Origin: Paraspadella gotoi | Lineage: Eukaryota > Animalia > Chaetognatha | Assembly: GCA_051294375.1 (NCBI GenBank) | Contig: CM119271.1 | Coordinates: 10,279,839-10,343,838 of the forward strand | Direction: 5' to 3' | DNA length: 64,000 nt | Part shown: piece by piece, positions 25,026 to 39,083 of the stretch | How positions within the stretch are numbered: position 1 is the stretch's first letter | Layout: every line of letters starts with the position of its first letter | Made by a program: the position numbers and the translations under genes | Notes under the pieces: generated by a model | Told to the model about the DNA's origin: nothing | Seen by the model: the letters and a program-made list of their open reading frames with translations, nothing else | The model's database searches: none

Positions 25026-25500
25026 NNNNNNNNNNNNNNNNNNNNNNNNNGAGAGAGAGAGAGAGAGAGAGAGAGATACCCATAAACAAACGCCCATTCT
25101 CGATCAGCGTGGGACTGCCCTCGCCTGAATGGAGAAAGCTTTCTGCGGCCAAAATCTTTTTGACCGATGACCAGAAACAGAAATTTTTGCTTTTTCTCTC
25201 CCGATCGGTTGTGAAGTCCCGTTTAGTCTTTGAAATAAGAAATATGCTACGAAAACAGAAAGACATTTTTTGAAAAAATAGTAAAGTTTAAAACTTTTGG
25301 GTTTTATTTTACAAAACAATTAAAGATCCAATAAATGATAATAATAATATTGCTCACTAATGATTAGTAATAAAAGCCTGTTTTAAAACAATAATTTCAA
25401 AATATTAACTTGGAGTTGATTGAGCGCTTTAGATATTATCATAATCACATTAAAAAGGAATTGTAAATATGCTACATCTTGATTAAAAATATTACTTAAG

Positions 25501-25757
25501 GGTCTTTTCATACAATTGAAACATTCTTTGAAACATTACATATACCACTTCATTGATAGGGAAGCCAGGTACTCTGGGAGTGAATAAACGAGACTGTGAG
25601 AGAGTCTTGATTGAAAGCTTGCAGGGACCTGCTATGTCATTATCTTGTAAGAGTGATGGAGGCCTTAAACCACCAAAGCCTGTCCAATGTCAAGGGCAAG
25701 ATAGCTTATTTAATAAATGAATGGATAATTTATATATTGGTTTTTACCAATTTCATA
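25501..25757 (+). repeat. Dispersed repeat family (other pieces at 18228-18350, 37291-37457, 39084-39283)
   Basis: Shared blocks CTTCATTGATAGG.AAGCCAG, CTTGATTGAAAGCT and CTTAAACCACCAAAGCCTGTCCAAT, all in the same orientation. Confidence 0.8.
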
Positions 25758-28379
25758 GCCAAGCATAGTCCGTCTTCTGTATTAGGCGTCAAAGAAGCAA
25801 TTCTCCCACACCCCCTCTCACAGCATCTCTTTCTTCAACCGCAGCGTCAGCACAGTATTCCCCAGCGCAGCAGCTCTTTTTCCTCACCTCCCATCAACAC
25901 TGCAGCACCACTTTCCCCAGCCTCAGCAATGACTAAGGGACGTCCCGTGACGCGAGACTCTGACCATAACAAAGGGCGCGGCCGAATCCCGGTCTGAGCG
26001 GGGAAACAGAAATCCCAAAACAATTTTCTTTCTTTCTTTCTTTCTTTCTTTCTTTTTCTCTTGTTTTCTCTCTGTCTCTTTTTCTATCTTCTCATATTCC
26101 TTTCTTTATTTTTTTTCGTTCTTTGTTTTTCCTTCTACTTGCCGTCTCTTTCTTCTTATCTTCCCTTATTTCTTACCTCTTTCTCTCTTTATTTCTTCTT
26201 TTCTCCCTCATTTTTTTCTCTCTCTCTTTCTTTTTATCTATTCTTTCTTTCTTTCTATCTTCCTTTCTCTCTTTCTTTCTTCTTTTCTTTTCTCTCCCTC
26301 ATTTTTTTTCTCTCTCTTTCTATCTATTCTTTCTGTCTTTCTATCTTCCTATCTTTTTTTCTTTATTTCTCATCTTCTCTTCCCCCCCTTTTTTTTCCCG
26401 ATATATTCTTCGCGATGTTTGTAATATATATGCGAACATATCGAACCAACTAGAAACGTTTTTTCCCTAAATCGATCGTTCAAGTTTATCCTTTGTATGT
26501 TTTTCTTTGCTTATCTCCTCGTTGAACAAACTTACCGTCCACCGTGTATACAAACTGACAACGATTGTTTGCGCCGGATCGACCGACAGAACCGAGAGAG
26601 AGAAAAAAAAAAGATCGACTAATAAAGTTGTACGAGATTACGAACGTTCGCGCGTAATCACCCTGTAAATCACGCTGTAAATCACGCTGTAATCTTGAAT
26701 CATTTTTGTGATATATATTTCCTTATTTGAATCACTCTAGTTGGTAGATCTTGATTTATCATTTCTTTATCATTAATTCTTCTAATTAATATTTCTCATC
26801 ATTTTTAATTTGTTTCACCGAAGTTTACGACTTAATTTATCCGTATAATAATTATTCATCACAACTTCATCATCATCGTCGATCATCACTTCCCTGTCAT
26901 CATCACTCCTGTTCGATACTTGTTTATCACTTCTTTATCACTTCTTTATCACTTCTTGTTCCGACTTCGAAACGTTTTTTTTTCTTTTTCGTCCNNNNNN
27001 NNNNNNNNNNNNNNNNNNNCACGCGAAATGAAGGAGAACGCAGAAAAAAATGAAAAAAAAACTTATTGTTTCTGGCCCAAACTTAGTTCGTTTGCACCTG
27101 ACGATGCCCATGAGGCCCGGAGAAGTAGGAGAGAAGAACGAGAGAGAGAGAAGCAGAGGAGGAGAGAGGAGAGAGAGAGAAAGGAGAGAGGAGAGAGAAG
27201 ACGAAAGAGAGAGAGATGAGAGAGAGAGAGAGGATGAGAAAGGATAGATAGAGAGAGAGAGAGAGGATCAGGACAACGGAGAACAAGCAAAGGCGGTTTT
27301 AAGAAGCGTAGTCGAAACATTAGCCGATGAGTGGGTATGGACTCAATCACCCTCGATCGACGACAACTACAAAGACGGGACGAACGAATCGACGACCGGC
27401 TCACGACGACGACGAACGGGTTTTTTTTCTCCACCGCGCAAAAAAAGACGATGACGAATGACACGCAGACGCGTCGGAAGACGACGACGACGACGTAAAA
27501 ACCGGGGGGAAATAAAAAAACAAAGGCGGGAAGGGCCGAAAGGTGTCGTTGCAGCGGACACCCATCGCGTTTTTTGGAAACGACTACTTATTCTTGTGTA
27601 ACTATTGTTGATGAGGGAAAGGTAAGATAGCGGGAGCGCGGCAAGGGGAGACAGCGGCGGCAGCGGGCGGAGGGGTACGATACGGTAGCGCGGGAAGCGG
27701 CTGAGGCGGAGGGCTGGCAGGAAGGGGCGAGCGGCGCGGAGGCGCGCGAAATCGCGATTGCGAATTTTTCTAGCGCGGAGAATTTTGTACAGAAATTAAA
27801 AACGGCGAGTTAGAAGAGCAGGTACGGGAAGGGGAGGGAAGACAGAGAGATAGGAGCGGAAAGGAGAGTGAGAGAGAGAGAGAGACTCTTGGGGTCAGGT
27901 GTCGGATCGATTTTACGATCGACGAGAGAGAGAGGAAGAGAGAGAGAAAGAGAGGGACGATGAGAGAGAGAGCAGAGGGGAGAAAGAGAGGAGAGAGGAG
28001 AGAGCATACATGTTTTCCTTCGGCGCCGCTGTTACGACGTCGGAGGGGGAAAAATAAGCCATGGGTGATTCGTGACTATCGCGGCCATGTTTTAAGTGTC
28101 GTAGAAGTAGGGTATAGCTATCGCAAAAAGTTGATCAAGACGTAATATAATAATTTTCGGAAAGTTTGAAGTTTATTTCTTCCAAAAACAAATGTTATTG
28201 CCTTTTGGAAGAAAATAATGTTTATTCAGGAGAAATGATTTATTATCTAATTGTTATTTAATATTTTCTTTCATAAAATGGTCTTTTGATTGAGGAAACT
28301 TAAATACTGTGGAATTTTTTAAACTACGATAAAATGGTAAAGCGAGTCATTAAAGCTTGTAGATTTCTGGTATTGTGAT

Positions 28380-28578
28380 AGAATAGAATAGAATTAAAAT
28401 ATAATGGAAGTAGAATACAATAGAGATAAAATAGAATGACAATGAATAGAATACAATAGGAATACAATGCAATAGAATATAATCATTATAGAATAGAATA
28501 GAATTAGAATAGAATAGAATAGATAGTAATAGAATAGAATAGATTATAAAATAGATAAAATAAATACAATAGATAGAA
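28380..28578. repeat. Degenerate (AATAG)n microsatellite
   Basis: 5 bp periodicity visible directly. Confidence 0.9.
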
Positions 28579-29011
28579 ATCTCTCTCTTTTTTAAAAAAA
28601 AAGGCAATTGCCAGTCGAATAAAAAATCTTTGAAACGCGATTCACATCATATTTCGTCTTAGAAAAAAAAAAAAAAAAAAAAAAAGAAGCCGAGAATGAC
28701 TTTTCTCGATTCTCCTCGACGAGTAATTTCGAACAAAATAGCTCGTCGGATTTAGATGCTCATTTTCGAGCGCGTTATGATTAGTTTTATTACGTCGGAG
28801 GGAGACAGAGTCGCGAGAGAGAAATTAAGGGGAGAGAGAGTCGCGAGAGAGAGAGAGAGAGATTAAGGGGACAGGGTAAAGAATTAAGGGAACGGAAGAA
28901 AGAATTAAGGGGATAGAGTGGTTCTCTAAAATGGATCGTTTTTGCCGTCGAATTTTCCATCGTAATGACAGAGGGAGCTAAATGAAAAGTCTCTCTTTCT
29001 CTCTTTCTCTT

Positions 29012-29070
<59 letters not shown>

Positions 29071-29194
29071 TTTTTTTCACTTTCACGCGTTCTTGATCAA
29101 ACTCAATCAAAACATCGCCCGTCGGCTGCCGCTAGTTTTTTTTCCTCCCCTTAAGACCAAGAAGGAAAGAAGTTTAAATCGTTTTCGTCGCCGA

Positions 29195-29455
29195 GAGAAT
29201 CCGGCAAGAGATCCCGGCAAGAGAAACGAGTCCCGGCAAAAAAGGAAAGTCGGCGGGAATGAAATCCGGCAAACGTTCAAGTCGGCAGAACCGAGCAAAG
29301 CTAGCAAAGCAAAGGAAAGTAAGACCGAAGTCGACGGGAATTTGATCCGGAAATAGCGAATTCGGCAGAAACGAGATCCGGCGATAGTGAAGTCGGCTAA
29401 AACGAGTTCCGGCTAAACCAAAGACGGCAATAGCGAAGCCATCGAGATCCGGCTA
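29195..29455. repeat. Degenerate 15-17 bp periodic repeat built on YCGGC
   Basis: GATCCGGC, AGTCGGC and TTCGGC recur at ~15-17 bp spacing. Confidence 0.65.
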
Positions 29456-30305
29456 TTGAGAAGGATTTTCAAAGTAGGATTAGATTCTGGCATCAACGGG
29501 TTTGGAAAGGCAGAAGAAAATGACTCACATAATCACATCGATGAAGGAAAAATAGCGCGGTGTTGGATTGAAAGAGGGAAAAAGTTAAAATGAGAGTGAA
29601 TGAATGTGAGAATGAATTTGAGAGTGAATGTGAGAATGAATGATTGAAAAGTGAAGGAGTGAAAGAGTTAAAACGACAATAAAAGATTGAAATTGACTAA
29701 ACGGTGAAATAACATTAGAGATAGAAAATATATTATTTATTCGTTACAATATGGTTACAATATCCTTACAGCATTTTCTTCTAAATCGTAAAATATAATG
29801 AAGTCGAGAAAAGAAGCCAGACGCTGGTCTCGGCGTCCAAGGTCAGTTCTCGATCAGCGCAGANNNNNNNNNNNNNNNNNNNNNNNNNNNNNNNNNNNNN
29901 NNNNNNNNNNNNNNNNNNNNNNNNNNNNNNNNNNNNNNNNNNNNNNNNNNNNNNNNNNNNNNNNNNNNNNNNNNNNNNNNNNNNNNNNNNNNNNNNNNNN
30001 NNNNNNNNNNNNNNNNNNNNNNNNNNNNNNNNNNNNNNNNNNNNNNNNNNNNNNNNNNNNNNNNNNNNNNNNNNNNNNNNNNNNNNNNNNNNNNNNNNNN
30101 NNNNNNNNNNNNNCGATGAATATGAAGCTCAAGATTCCATATTTGGTCAAGGAGAATCGGAGCCGAGAGAGTTTCCATCTTCTCTTTTCCCGTCCGGAGA
30201 TAAATAACAACAACAACGACGACAACAACAAGGAAAAAAATGGCGTCGGTGGCAGCGAAGGAGACGCGCGGGAGGAATCGGTGGCTGTTTTGGCCGAGGA
30301 GGCGA

Positions 30306-30410
30306 TGGCATAACGTGGCAATGAGTGGCACGGCGTGGCATAACGTGGCAATGAGTGGCACGGCGTGGCATAACGTGGCAATGAGTGGCACGGCGAGGCA
30401 TAACGTGGCA
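30306..30410. repeat. 30 bp tandem repeat (x3.5) made of TGGCA-anchored 10-mers
   Basis: TGGCATAACG TGGCAATGAG TGGCACGGCG repeated. Confidence 0.95.
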
Positions 30411-31607
30411 AGGTCCGATGAGAAACGGGGCACGAAGTCAGTATCGCCGCTGTTGATCTGGATATTTGAGCTGGGATGATTTGGCGAACTGAAAGGATCG
30501 GCCATAGGGGAATCAACAACGCTACAAAATCTCGAGGGTTTGGCGGCATTAGGGTGGAATTAACGACTAGGGTGGAGTGAAAGTTTGAAATCTAAATTTA
30601 GCAATTATATTTTCATTTTTACCCTCAAATAATGCCTAAATTTGAAATCGGGTTTTTTTTTAGTTCTGATTAAAATTCCTCATAAAATGTTGTTAAAAGT
30701 AATTAAAATTTTTATCTTCAAGTATAAGAATGTCATTAAGTAGGTCAAAATTGCAATCAATTATAGTTTTAAGCTAAAAATTAAAAACTGATATTGTAAA
30801 TATGGTTTTCAGCGCACGTGACCTTTTTAATAAAATATATTTTAAAAGATAAATTATTATTTATTTTACCAGCTTTTTGCAAGTAATTTAAAATTCAAAA
30901 TTTTAAATTATCATTTTAAGATATTTAGCCCATTATATTCTTTTACTACTTGTATAGAATCTATACTATAGATGATAAATCAAATTGGATAAAGTTTGAC
31001 CATTTTCACATCAACTCTCGTACTGCCGCCTGCAGAACGAACGTGCCCGCGACCCAACGAGTTTTCTTGGCGGAAAGGGGCGGAAGGCTCTGTTGGCGCT
31101 AATTGGCGCAAAGGAGACGCGAGGGAATTGGCCTCTGGGTCATTTGGTTGGCGCGTTTGGGCGTGGGGGGGCGTTGTCGTCGAGGCGTGGGTTTGATTTG
31201 GGGGGGAGGGAGTGGGCGTAGAAGAAGAACTGGGCCAAGCGGGAACGAGTTGGATAAGAAGTTTAATATGATTAAGGAAATTAACTTCTGATTAACTCGA
31301 AAGTGAGATTTGAGAGAAACTAGGCAACGTTCGACACGGACTCGCCCGAATTTTTAAAGATTGTTTTTTTTTTTAAATATCATTAAAAAAAATTAGTTGT
31401 TTGTCATTTTGCTGGTAACGTATATGTTTGTATGAATCTGTGTCGTAATTTGAAATGAATAAAAACGACTCATTATTTAAGGTTATTTTGAGCTTTTCTT
31501 GCTATGGATAAATGAAATCAAATTTAATATTAATAAGTATTTGAAGCACAATATTTAGAAGACTTACGCCTTCATCATAGAATTGAATTCTATGGAAAAA
31601 CAACCTC

Positions 31608-31660
31608 ATCTTTGACAGGATTCGAACCCAGATCCCCACGGCTCGTTAAATCAAGCGATT
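31608..31660 (-). mobile_element. tRNA-related SINE head remnant (Pol III B box)
   Basis: Minus strand GGGTTCGAATCCTGTC matches the B-box consensus; no complete cloverleaf. Confidence 0.35.
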
Positions 31661-31955
31661 GAGCTCAGTAATGTAAAGTTAAAACCAAAAGACTAATTCG
31701 GCGAAGACGCGTCGAATCTCGAAAAGCAACTGTACCCGCAGTTAGCCCAGATTCGGATGTAAAAACCCCTTTGTAATTTGCCCGCTCGTTGCTTCGCCTC
31801 ATCTGCCCGCTCGTTGCTCGCCTTTGCTCGCTCGTTTCTGCGTCCAGAGTTCATCGGACTCTCGCCCCGTCGGCTTTTACTGCATAATTCGCGATGTGTA
31901 GGTGTACGAAATCGTTGGCCAGTTGGGGATTTGGGGAGAAAAGAGAGAGGGAGTA

Positions 31956-32033
<78 letters not shown>

Positions 32034-34163
32034 GTGGACCGATGAGATATAGGAAAAGATAAGTGGAGATAATCAAGGGAAAGGAAGGAAAGGAGAAGAG
32101 GAGGAAAGAAAGGGAGAAAGGGAGGAGAAAAGGAAAGGAAAAAGAGAAGGAAAGGAAAAGAAAGAGAGGAAGAGGAGGAAAGGAAGGGAGGAAAGGAAAG
32201 AGAGGGGATAAAAAAGAGGGAAGAAGCTGAGGGGATGGATTCTGGATGTTGAAAGGGAGGAAAATAAGATTTTGAGAAGAAGAAGGAAGAAGAGGAGAAG
32301 GAAAGAAAGGAATAGAAGTGAAGAGAAGAAAGAAAAAAAAGAAAAAGAAAATAAAAGAAAAAGAAAAAGAAAAGAAGAGCGAAAGAGAGGCGAAGCCCAT
32401 GTGGAAAGAAAACCCAACGCGTCGGCGAGGAAACGAAGGCGTTGGAAGAGCAAAGGCGAAAAACAAGCCACTGTGAGTCGCATCGCACACTTTGCACGGC
32501 ACACTGCTCATAATTGCACACTGACGCTTCATAAAAAAAAAAAATGAAGTCCGTTCGTCGGAGGCGACGAATAAAAAAAAAATAAAAAAAGGGGGCGGGA
32601 TTATTTGACGAGGGTCGATCGAAGAAGAGGATCGACGCCGATGGAGAACAACTTGGATTATCTGGAGGATGTGGGTCAAATGGAGGGCGGGATGGTTGGA
32701 GGGCGGGGTGGTGGAGTGTAGGGAAGTGGGCGGAGGCGTCGACGGGCGAAGTCAGTCTCGTGGAAATCGGGTCGCGCGGGTCGAGACTCGGCGTTTGTCG
32801 TCGTCGTCGTCGTCCTCATCAACAATATCCTCGATGTCAGTCTTAATTTCATCATCGTCGACGTCCTCCCTAATTTTTCTCATAATTTTGTCGTCGTCGT
32901 CGTCGTCTCCATCTTACTTCCGTCAGCTTCATCATTATCGTCATCGTCGTCTCATCATTGTCGTCGCTCTCGTCTTCTTCATCGTTGTCATCATCGTTAT
33001 CATCGTCATCGTCGTCATCGTTCTAATCGTTATAATCGTTGTTGTCATCGTTCTCTTCCTCGTCATCATTGTCGTTGTCGTCATAATCGTCCTCAACGAA
33101 GACGAGGACGATGACAATGACGTCATTGTCATCGTCCTCGTCTTCCTGATTGTCGTTGTCATCGTCCTCCTCCTCGTCATCATAGTCGTCGTCATTATTG
33201 TCGTTGTCATCGTCTTCCTCATCATCGTTGTCGTCTTCCTCATCGTCGTTGTCATTGTCTCCTCCCAGTAAACATTGTCGTCATCATCATTGTCGTCATC
33301 CTCATCTTCTTCATCATCATCATCGTTGTCACCATCGTTGTCATCATCGTTATCATCGTCCTCGTCATCATCGTTTTAATCATTGACATCGTCATCATTG
33401 TCGTCGTCGTCTTCCTCATCGTCGTCGACGTCCTCCTCCTCCTCCTCCTCTCTTCATCGGCTCCGAATCAATTTGGTGTCCGAAGGATTTTTTTTTTCCT
33501 TCGACGAAGAAATATTTTGTGTTTCGGTTCAGGTTTGCGTCAGATTAGCGATCGGATTGCGCTGGAGGGGGTGGAGTGGGGGAGAGTGAGAGAGGCACGG
33601 GGGGAAGAGCATGCGCGGGTCACGGCGTCACTTTTGTGAGACGTTAAAGTCGGTCAATCCATCTGTCGGATCCTTCCGTCAGTGATGTATATTTTTTCAC
33701 GCTGGGAAATTCTTTTCGTGAGTTTTTACCCTAGTATCTGTTGCAGTCAACAAGATTTAAAGCAAGGCCAGATATTATCAATATTTTATTTTTAAGTATA
33801 GTTATTTTTTTTATACCCCTTTTCATATTTCGTTCTCCTCTTTTTATATTTCGTTCTCCTCTTTTTCGCTCTGCTTATTTCTGACCCCTAAAAACCTCGG
33901 GGCGGAACAAGAGGCCTTTTGAGGGGCGAAGCCGGAGGCGAAGAAATTTATGGTGACNNNNNNNNNNNNNNNNNNNNNNNNNNNNNNNNNNNNNNNNNNN
34001 NNNNNNNNNNNNNNNNNNNNNNNNNNNNNNNNNNNNNNNNNNNNNNNNNNNNNNNNNNNNNNNNNNNNNNNNNNNNNNNNNNNNNNNNNNNNNNNNNNNN
34101 NNNNNNNNNNNNNNNNNNNNNNNNNNNNNNNNNNNNNNNNNNNNNNNNNNNNNNNNNNNNNNN

Positions 34164-34199
<36 letters not shown>

Positions 34200-34872
34200 A
34201 GACAGAATCTGTTTATGAAGACTCCGTTTCCGTTCATATTTCTTTCGCTTTTTCTCTCTCCCACCCACTTGCATGGTATCAAANNNNNNNNNNNNNNNNN
34301 NNNNNNNNNNNNNNNNNNNNNNNNNNNNNNNNNNNNNNNNNNNNNNNNNNNNNNNNNNNNNNNNNNNNNNNNNNNNNNNNNNNNNNNNNNNNNNNNNNNN
34401 NNNNNNNNNNNNNNNNNNNNNNNNNNNNNNNNNNNNNNNNNNNNNNNNNNNNNNNNNNNNNNNNNNNNNNNNNNNNNNNNNNNNNNNNNNNNNNNNNNNN
34501 NNNNNNNNNNNNNNNNNNNNNNNNNNNNNNNNNNNNNNNNNNNNNNNNNNNNNNNNNNNNNNNNNNNNNNNNNNNNNNNNNNNNNNNNNNNNNNNNNNNN
34601 NNNNNNNNNNNNNNNNNNNNNNNNNNNNNNNNNNNNNNNNNNNNNNNNNNNNNNNNNNNNNNNNNNNNNNNNNNNNNNNNNNNNNNNNNNNNNNNNNNNN
34701 NNCGCCGCGGAGCCGCCGCAACCTCGCTGCAGCTCCGCCTCAGAGCCGCCTCGTTGCCGCGGAGCCGGAAGGCATTCACGCGGCGACGTCGATCATCTTT
34801 CTCAGACGCGAAGTCTCTTCAGTCTTCGCTCGTCATCTCCGTCGAATCAATTTCAGTGACGTCGCAGCGAAA

Positions 34873-34912
<40 letters not shown>

Positions 34913-34940
34913 GGAATTGGGCATGGGAATTGGGCATGGA
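34873..34940. repeat. (ATGGGC)n hexanucleotide repeat
   Basis: Direct inspection. Confidence 0.9.
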
Positions 34941-36239
34941 TATGATAAACGTGATTCGACGAGGCACGGCTGTGATAAGAAAGTGGGGCGACGACTGAAC
35001 CCATCGTGGTATTTTAGGGCTCACAACGAAGAAAAAGTATGATAGCTGTATGAGATTTTGAAATGGGCTGGATAAAAATGCGGTTTCGAGCAAAAAACAG
35101 TAGCATTGAAAATGAAAAGAATAAACTTCTTTGAAAATTCGTGTGATATGGTTTCCCAAAAAAAAGGAAGGTTTTCTCCCAGTTGGTGAAATTGCAGGAA
35201 AATCGAACCGTCATTGACCTTGAACCGGCGATTGTACACGGACTTCGAACTGTGATTGAACTGTCATTTTAAGACGTCGATTTGGTATTGCACTGAGATT
35301 GGTCTGGTAATGAAAGCAGTCATTGCAACGACAATGTAAATCAAATTGCGCTCAAGTTCAGTTTTAGGAATTGAATTAACATTGTCCCGACATTGACATT
35401 AAGATTAAACTGACTTGGAAATAATATTAAACTGGCATTTAACTAGTATTTAACTGGCANNNNNNNNNNNNNNNNNNNNNNNNNNNNNNNNNNNNNNNNN
35501 NNNNNNNNNNNNNNNNNNNNNNNNNNNNNNNNNNNNNNNNNNNNNNNNNNNNNNNNNNNTAAAAATTAACAGCCTATTTATTTAAGAAAAAAATATTTTA
35601 CATCCAGAGTCAGAGAAAGGAAGAATTCACATTAGTATTTTCCCATTTTTTGTGCTTTTCACTAGAAAGTGATACAGCATATGATGTTCCGTTTCTAGAG
35701 ATTAATAATATTAATTAAGTGTAAAGGAATAAACTGTTTCACAGAATGTGAAAAAGGCTATGTATAGTATACTATAGTATATGTACTATGTATATTGTAT
35801 ACTGACTATGTATACGACACGATGAGACGCAGAAGACAACACTACCAATATTTAATAATATCTTTAATAATTATTTTTAATTTTATATCAATAATCTTGG
35901 TTCATTTTTCTTTCTTCCGCTCTACTTTCTACAAACACTGGCGCTCGCTCTATCCAACCAACCCTACACAAACTAAACCGATAAACGAGAACAAACAAAT
36001 TACAATCGACTATCAACTGACTGTCATATTGTTTAATGAACCAACCAATCAACCAACCACTTTTTTCCCTTGAAACTGTGAACTAGCACCCCACTTTATC
36101 CAACCCCTCCTCATCTCACCCACCCGACCACCACCAATGCCATCCCTCTCAGCTCCATCAACTAGATTGATGTCTTCTGGGTGGACTTCGTCTCAACCTT
36201 ATTCATTAATTCTCTCGCCGTCGACGTCGTCGTCCTACG

Positions 36240-36410
36240 CCTCGGCCTTTGATTGGCCGGTTGGCTTCGTCGCATCGACGATTTCATTGGTCGACACGTC
36301 GGGGCGAGAGGAAAAACTTTAACGGCTTCCGCCAATCGGAGATGAAAACGGGTTTGAGAGTACGACGCAGTGACGTGACGCAGAGGGGCGAAGAGGGTTT
36401 CGATTGGCCG
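36240..36410. promoter_or_regulatory. CpG-rich promoter-like island with four CCAAT boxes and a CRE-like motif
   Basis: ATTGG at 36252, 36286 and 36403; CCAAT at 36332; TGACGTGACG at 36371; flanked by very AT-rich DNA. Confidence 0.4.
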
Positions 36411-37143
36411 TTGAAGGATATTTTTTAGGGTTTCTTCTGGTTCCATAGTGAGTGGGTGAAGAGGGAAGACAGTGGAGAATTGAGGCAGGGAGACGAGAGA
36501 GATGGTGAATCGTGAAGTTGAAATGAGTTAAATGGAAAAAATTAATATAATAAAAATTAAAAAAATTCTTTATATTAATGTAAATGCAAGATATATTAAT
36601 TAATCAAATAATAATATTATAGAAAATAATGTAATTAACGTTGAATAATTATTAATTAATTACCCGTAAATGATCGTGCAGATCCGACATTGCATTGCTC
36701 AACTGTTCTTATATATGTGTCTGGGGTTTACAATTTTTCTAATAAAAACTGCTACAAATAACGATGGATTTTATTTAAACAAGGTGCGATATAGTAAGTT
36801 AAAAGTTAAACATATCTTTTCATTTTAAGATCTTTGTAATTGCTAATGTTTCTATGAATCAAAATTTTTATTTGATTTCCTTTGCATTATGATGCTACTG
36901 CAATAAGCAAATTAATTCTATATATAAAAAATTAGTATATAAAGTACTATAATCTAATTTTCATAGCCAGTAAATCATATGAAAAAAAAATTAATACAAA
37001 CATACTTAAACAAAAGAACGTTGATTTAAAAACTTTTGATGGGAAGCTATATCTAAATTTAATATTATGTGGACTAATTGTTGATCATTTTTTCTTTAAC
37101 TCGAGAGATTATGGGGACTAAAATCCACCAACCGTTCATCAGC

Positions 37144-37285
37144 GGCATTGGTGCCGGAGCAAGTCATTCGCCTCCCAAACCCAAAGGTCCGGGGTTCTAG
37201 CCGGTGGCCGACTAGCAGTTAAGAGACGGGGCGCTTAACCGACGTGTAACCATGTTTACAGCCTGATCCGCAACTAGGACTGCTC
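37144..37285 (+). mobile_element. tRNA(Gly)-derived SINE-like element or tRNA pseudogene head
   Basis: GCATTGGTG...TTCGCCTCCCA...CCGGGGTTCTAGCCGG resembles the tRNA-Gly(CCC) 5' end, anticodon arm and T arm, but the stems are broken. Followed by a GC-richer body in AT-rich context. Confidence 0.45.
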
Positions 37286-39083
37286 ATATTGGAATGGATA
37301 ATTTTATATTGTTGTTACCAATTTCATAAAATCAGCATCCTTGTATTTTGATCTAGTGCGAGTACATTAGTTATTCCGATCTAATACTTGAAAGGAGTGG
37401 TCTTTTCATACAATGAAACATCTCTTTGAAATTTTACCATTACCACTTATTAGATAGTCGCTCCGCGCTGTAAAAAAAACTCCGAAAGAACGAAGCGGTT
37501 TCTGGATAATTTTTCCTAGCAATTTTGCACCAGTAGCCAGCTAAATATTACAAAACCATGGATGATTTCGGAAACTGCAGTTTTGGGCAACCAACGCCGC
37601 CGGAACAAAGAAAATCCATAAAGTCTGACAAAAAAATACTGAAATAAACATGACGCTTGGTCTGATTTCTTTTTAAATTTTTAATTTGCGGTATTACTGT
37701 ATAAGTAATTTTTTTCTCAAATTTGTTTCATTTTTGTTTCTTACGTTTTGCCCAAACATGCCCTTTAAATTATAAAAATAAAATAGCTAATGAACTACAA
37801 TGTCTAGTCATTCGTTGCGACAAGGAAAATCATATGATATCAAGTATCAATACGGAGCCTTGAAATAACTTATTTCTTTGCAATTTACCCCTTTATTGAT
37901 AAAGCCTTGTATTATAATAAAAAATAAAAACAACAATTTTACCATACAGCTACATGCTTGCGTTTATTAAAGATTTTATGCTTTTTAAATAAAAAAATAT
38001 CTATATTAATATAGCAGATAGAGGCTCACCCTATCACCAGAACTCTCTCTCCCCCGGGCCTTTCTCTTCCCCCTCTCAACGCTCCTCTCCCCTCTCGTCC
38101 CCTCCTCTTCATCCCCGAGTCACGGATAGAGTCTTAGGAACGGACTTTACCTCCCCTCTCACTTCTCCTCTCGGTCTCGGAGGTCTGCCGAACCTACCTC
38201 TCCCTTCTCCCTTTATGATACCCCTTGTTCTCTTTTGTAGCCCTATTTTAACCAATTACCAATATATTCCTATACCCTTCTTACCTCTTTTCCTGAGAGA
38301 GACTATTTAGAACCTACTTTAGCTAAGATACCCATCTTCCAGTATAGTACATGGGCATTATGCAAAGTTTTAATTTGCACCTGAAATGACAAAAATTAAA
38401 AATCTGATAATTGCCTTTAGCCGCTATGCTCAGTAGTTTTAAATCAGCCGGAACAAGTAGAACTCCTAAATTCATATTTTAAATCATTGTGTTTTAAGTT
38501 CCTTCATGAATTTGTTAATTTTTTTTGTTTTCAACAAAATGATTCATTCATTATTCTTAAATTATATAACATTTGACTGGTATAGAAAATTTGTTATTAT
38601 CAGGAAACAATAATCAATCTTTTCTCTTTCAGAACTATATTATTATTTTTTTGTAAATACAGCCAAGTGTGCTTATTAATTTCAAAAGTGTTATACTTTA
38701 TTGACTAAGATCCGATCCAATTTTTAAAAAATCCGTGGAAATATTGAGAAAAATTATATGGAAAGATGCCCCATAATTATGGCTTTATATGATACAGTTG
38801 CTCAGGCGTTCTACTTCTTGTTTGTTCAAAAGAATATCAAAGAAAATCAATTTTTTATTACAATGAAGTCACTCGGCAAAGCTAAAATTTAAGTGGAACC
38901 AAAAGAAGATTAACGAACGCAGATTGTTTTAAAATTGCATGGAAATGACCATTTTTTGTTGATATATTTTTCAACGCGTCGGTCGATTGATTTGAAAGTT
39001 ACATCAAACAATATGACATCATTTCCTATCAGTAAATGTAAAAATTTTAAAATAACATTATAACGACAAGATAATCTAATCTA

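Noticed and set aside
31693-33589. Long ORFs (328 aa, 214 aa, 200 aa, etc.)
   Set aside because: Translations of AG/CT and TCG/TCA simple repeats with no domain content. The same applies to SL/ER/FK-rich ORFs throughout the window.
33844-34998. ORFs spanning N runs (also 8110-9020, 20797-22066, 29798-30549, 55529-57080)
   Set aside because: Their length is due to undetermined bases.
36414-36446. Minus-strand ATATCCTT as the U12 donor of Cav3 exon 1 (near ORF MEPEETLK...)
   Set aside because: The ATG frame gives phase 1 rather than the needed phase 2, and the phase-2 frame (...YGTRRNPKK) lacks the Cav3 pre-IS1 motif.
37144-37210. Functional tRNA-Gly gene
   Set aside because: Acceptor, D and anticodon stems do not pair; retained only as a SINE-like head.
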